NCBI GenBank assembly: GCA_002633005.1
Contig: NMRA01000692.1
Span: 11,933 to 75,932, forward strand
Length of the DNA stretch: 64,000 nucleotides
From: Phoronis australis
Lineage: Eukaryota; Animalia; Phoronida
Direction: 5' to 3'
Both the position numbers and the translations under genes were made by a program. This document shows positions 63,937-64,000 of this stretch, piece after piece. How positions within the stretch are numbered: the stretch's first letter is position 1; every line of letters begins with the position of its first letter. The notes beneath the pieces were generated by a model that had not been told where the DNA came from, did not search any database, and saw nothing but the letters and a program-made list of their open reading frames with translations.

Positions 63937-64000
63937 GTACATGTGCAGAAGTGATTCTTTCTCCCTGTATTCAGTGATCACATATTGTCCGATCGGATGT

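Overview
Draft-assembly scaffold (several N gaps) from an intron-rich, AT-rich animal genome, probably a marine invertebrate (inference from repeat content and Wnt7/arginase sequence). Four spliced genes were reconstructed by hand from GT-AG sites and phase matching. (1) A RADX/CXorf57-like OB-fold ssDNA-binding gene on the minus strand, 8 exons at 17636-1842, running off the left edge. (2) A complete 4-exon Wnt7 on the minus strand, 38148-22607, about 353 aa. (3) The 3' part of a single-pass membrane protein with a divergent CUB-like segment and a Pro/Tyr/Gln-rich tail, minus strand, 49554-47526; its 5' exons look broken. (4) An arginase on the plus strand, 5 coding exons at 58213-63936, running off the right edge. 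Introns and intergenic DNA carry a Penelope-like retroelement remnant with inverted terminal repeats containing minimal hammerhead motifs, two LINE RT fragments, a probable pogo-type transposase remnant, several MITE/foldback elements with TSDs, minisatellites, and one near-exact 0.6-kb tandem duplication that is probably an assembly artefact. I found no prokaryote-type systems (CRISPR, operons) and cannot support a wholly new biological system. The most notable items are the apparent invertebrate RADX-like gene, a minisatellite that multiplied a RADX splice donor, candidate alternative first exons and donors of Wnt7, and the PLE hammerheads.
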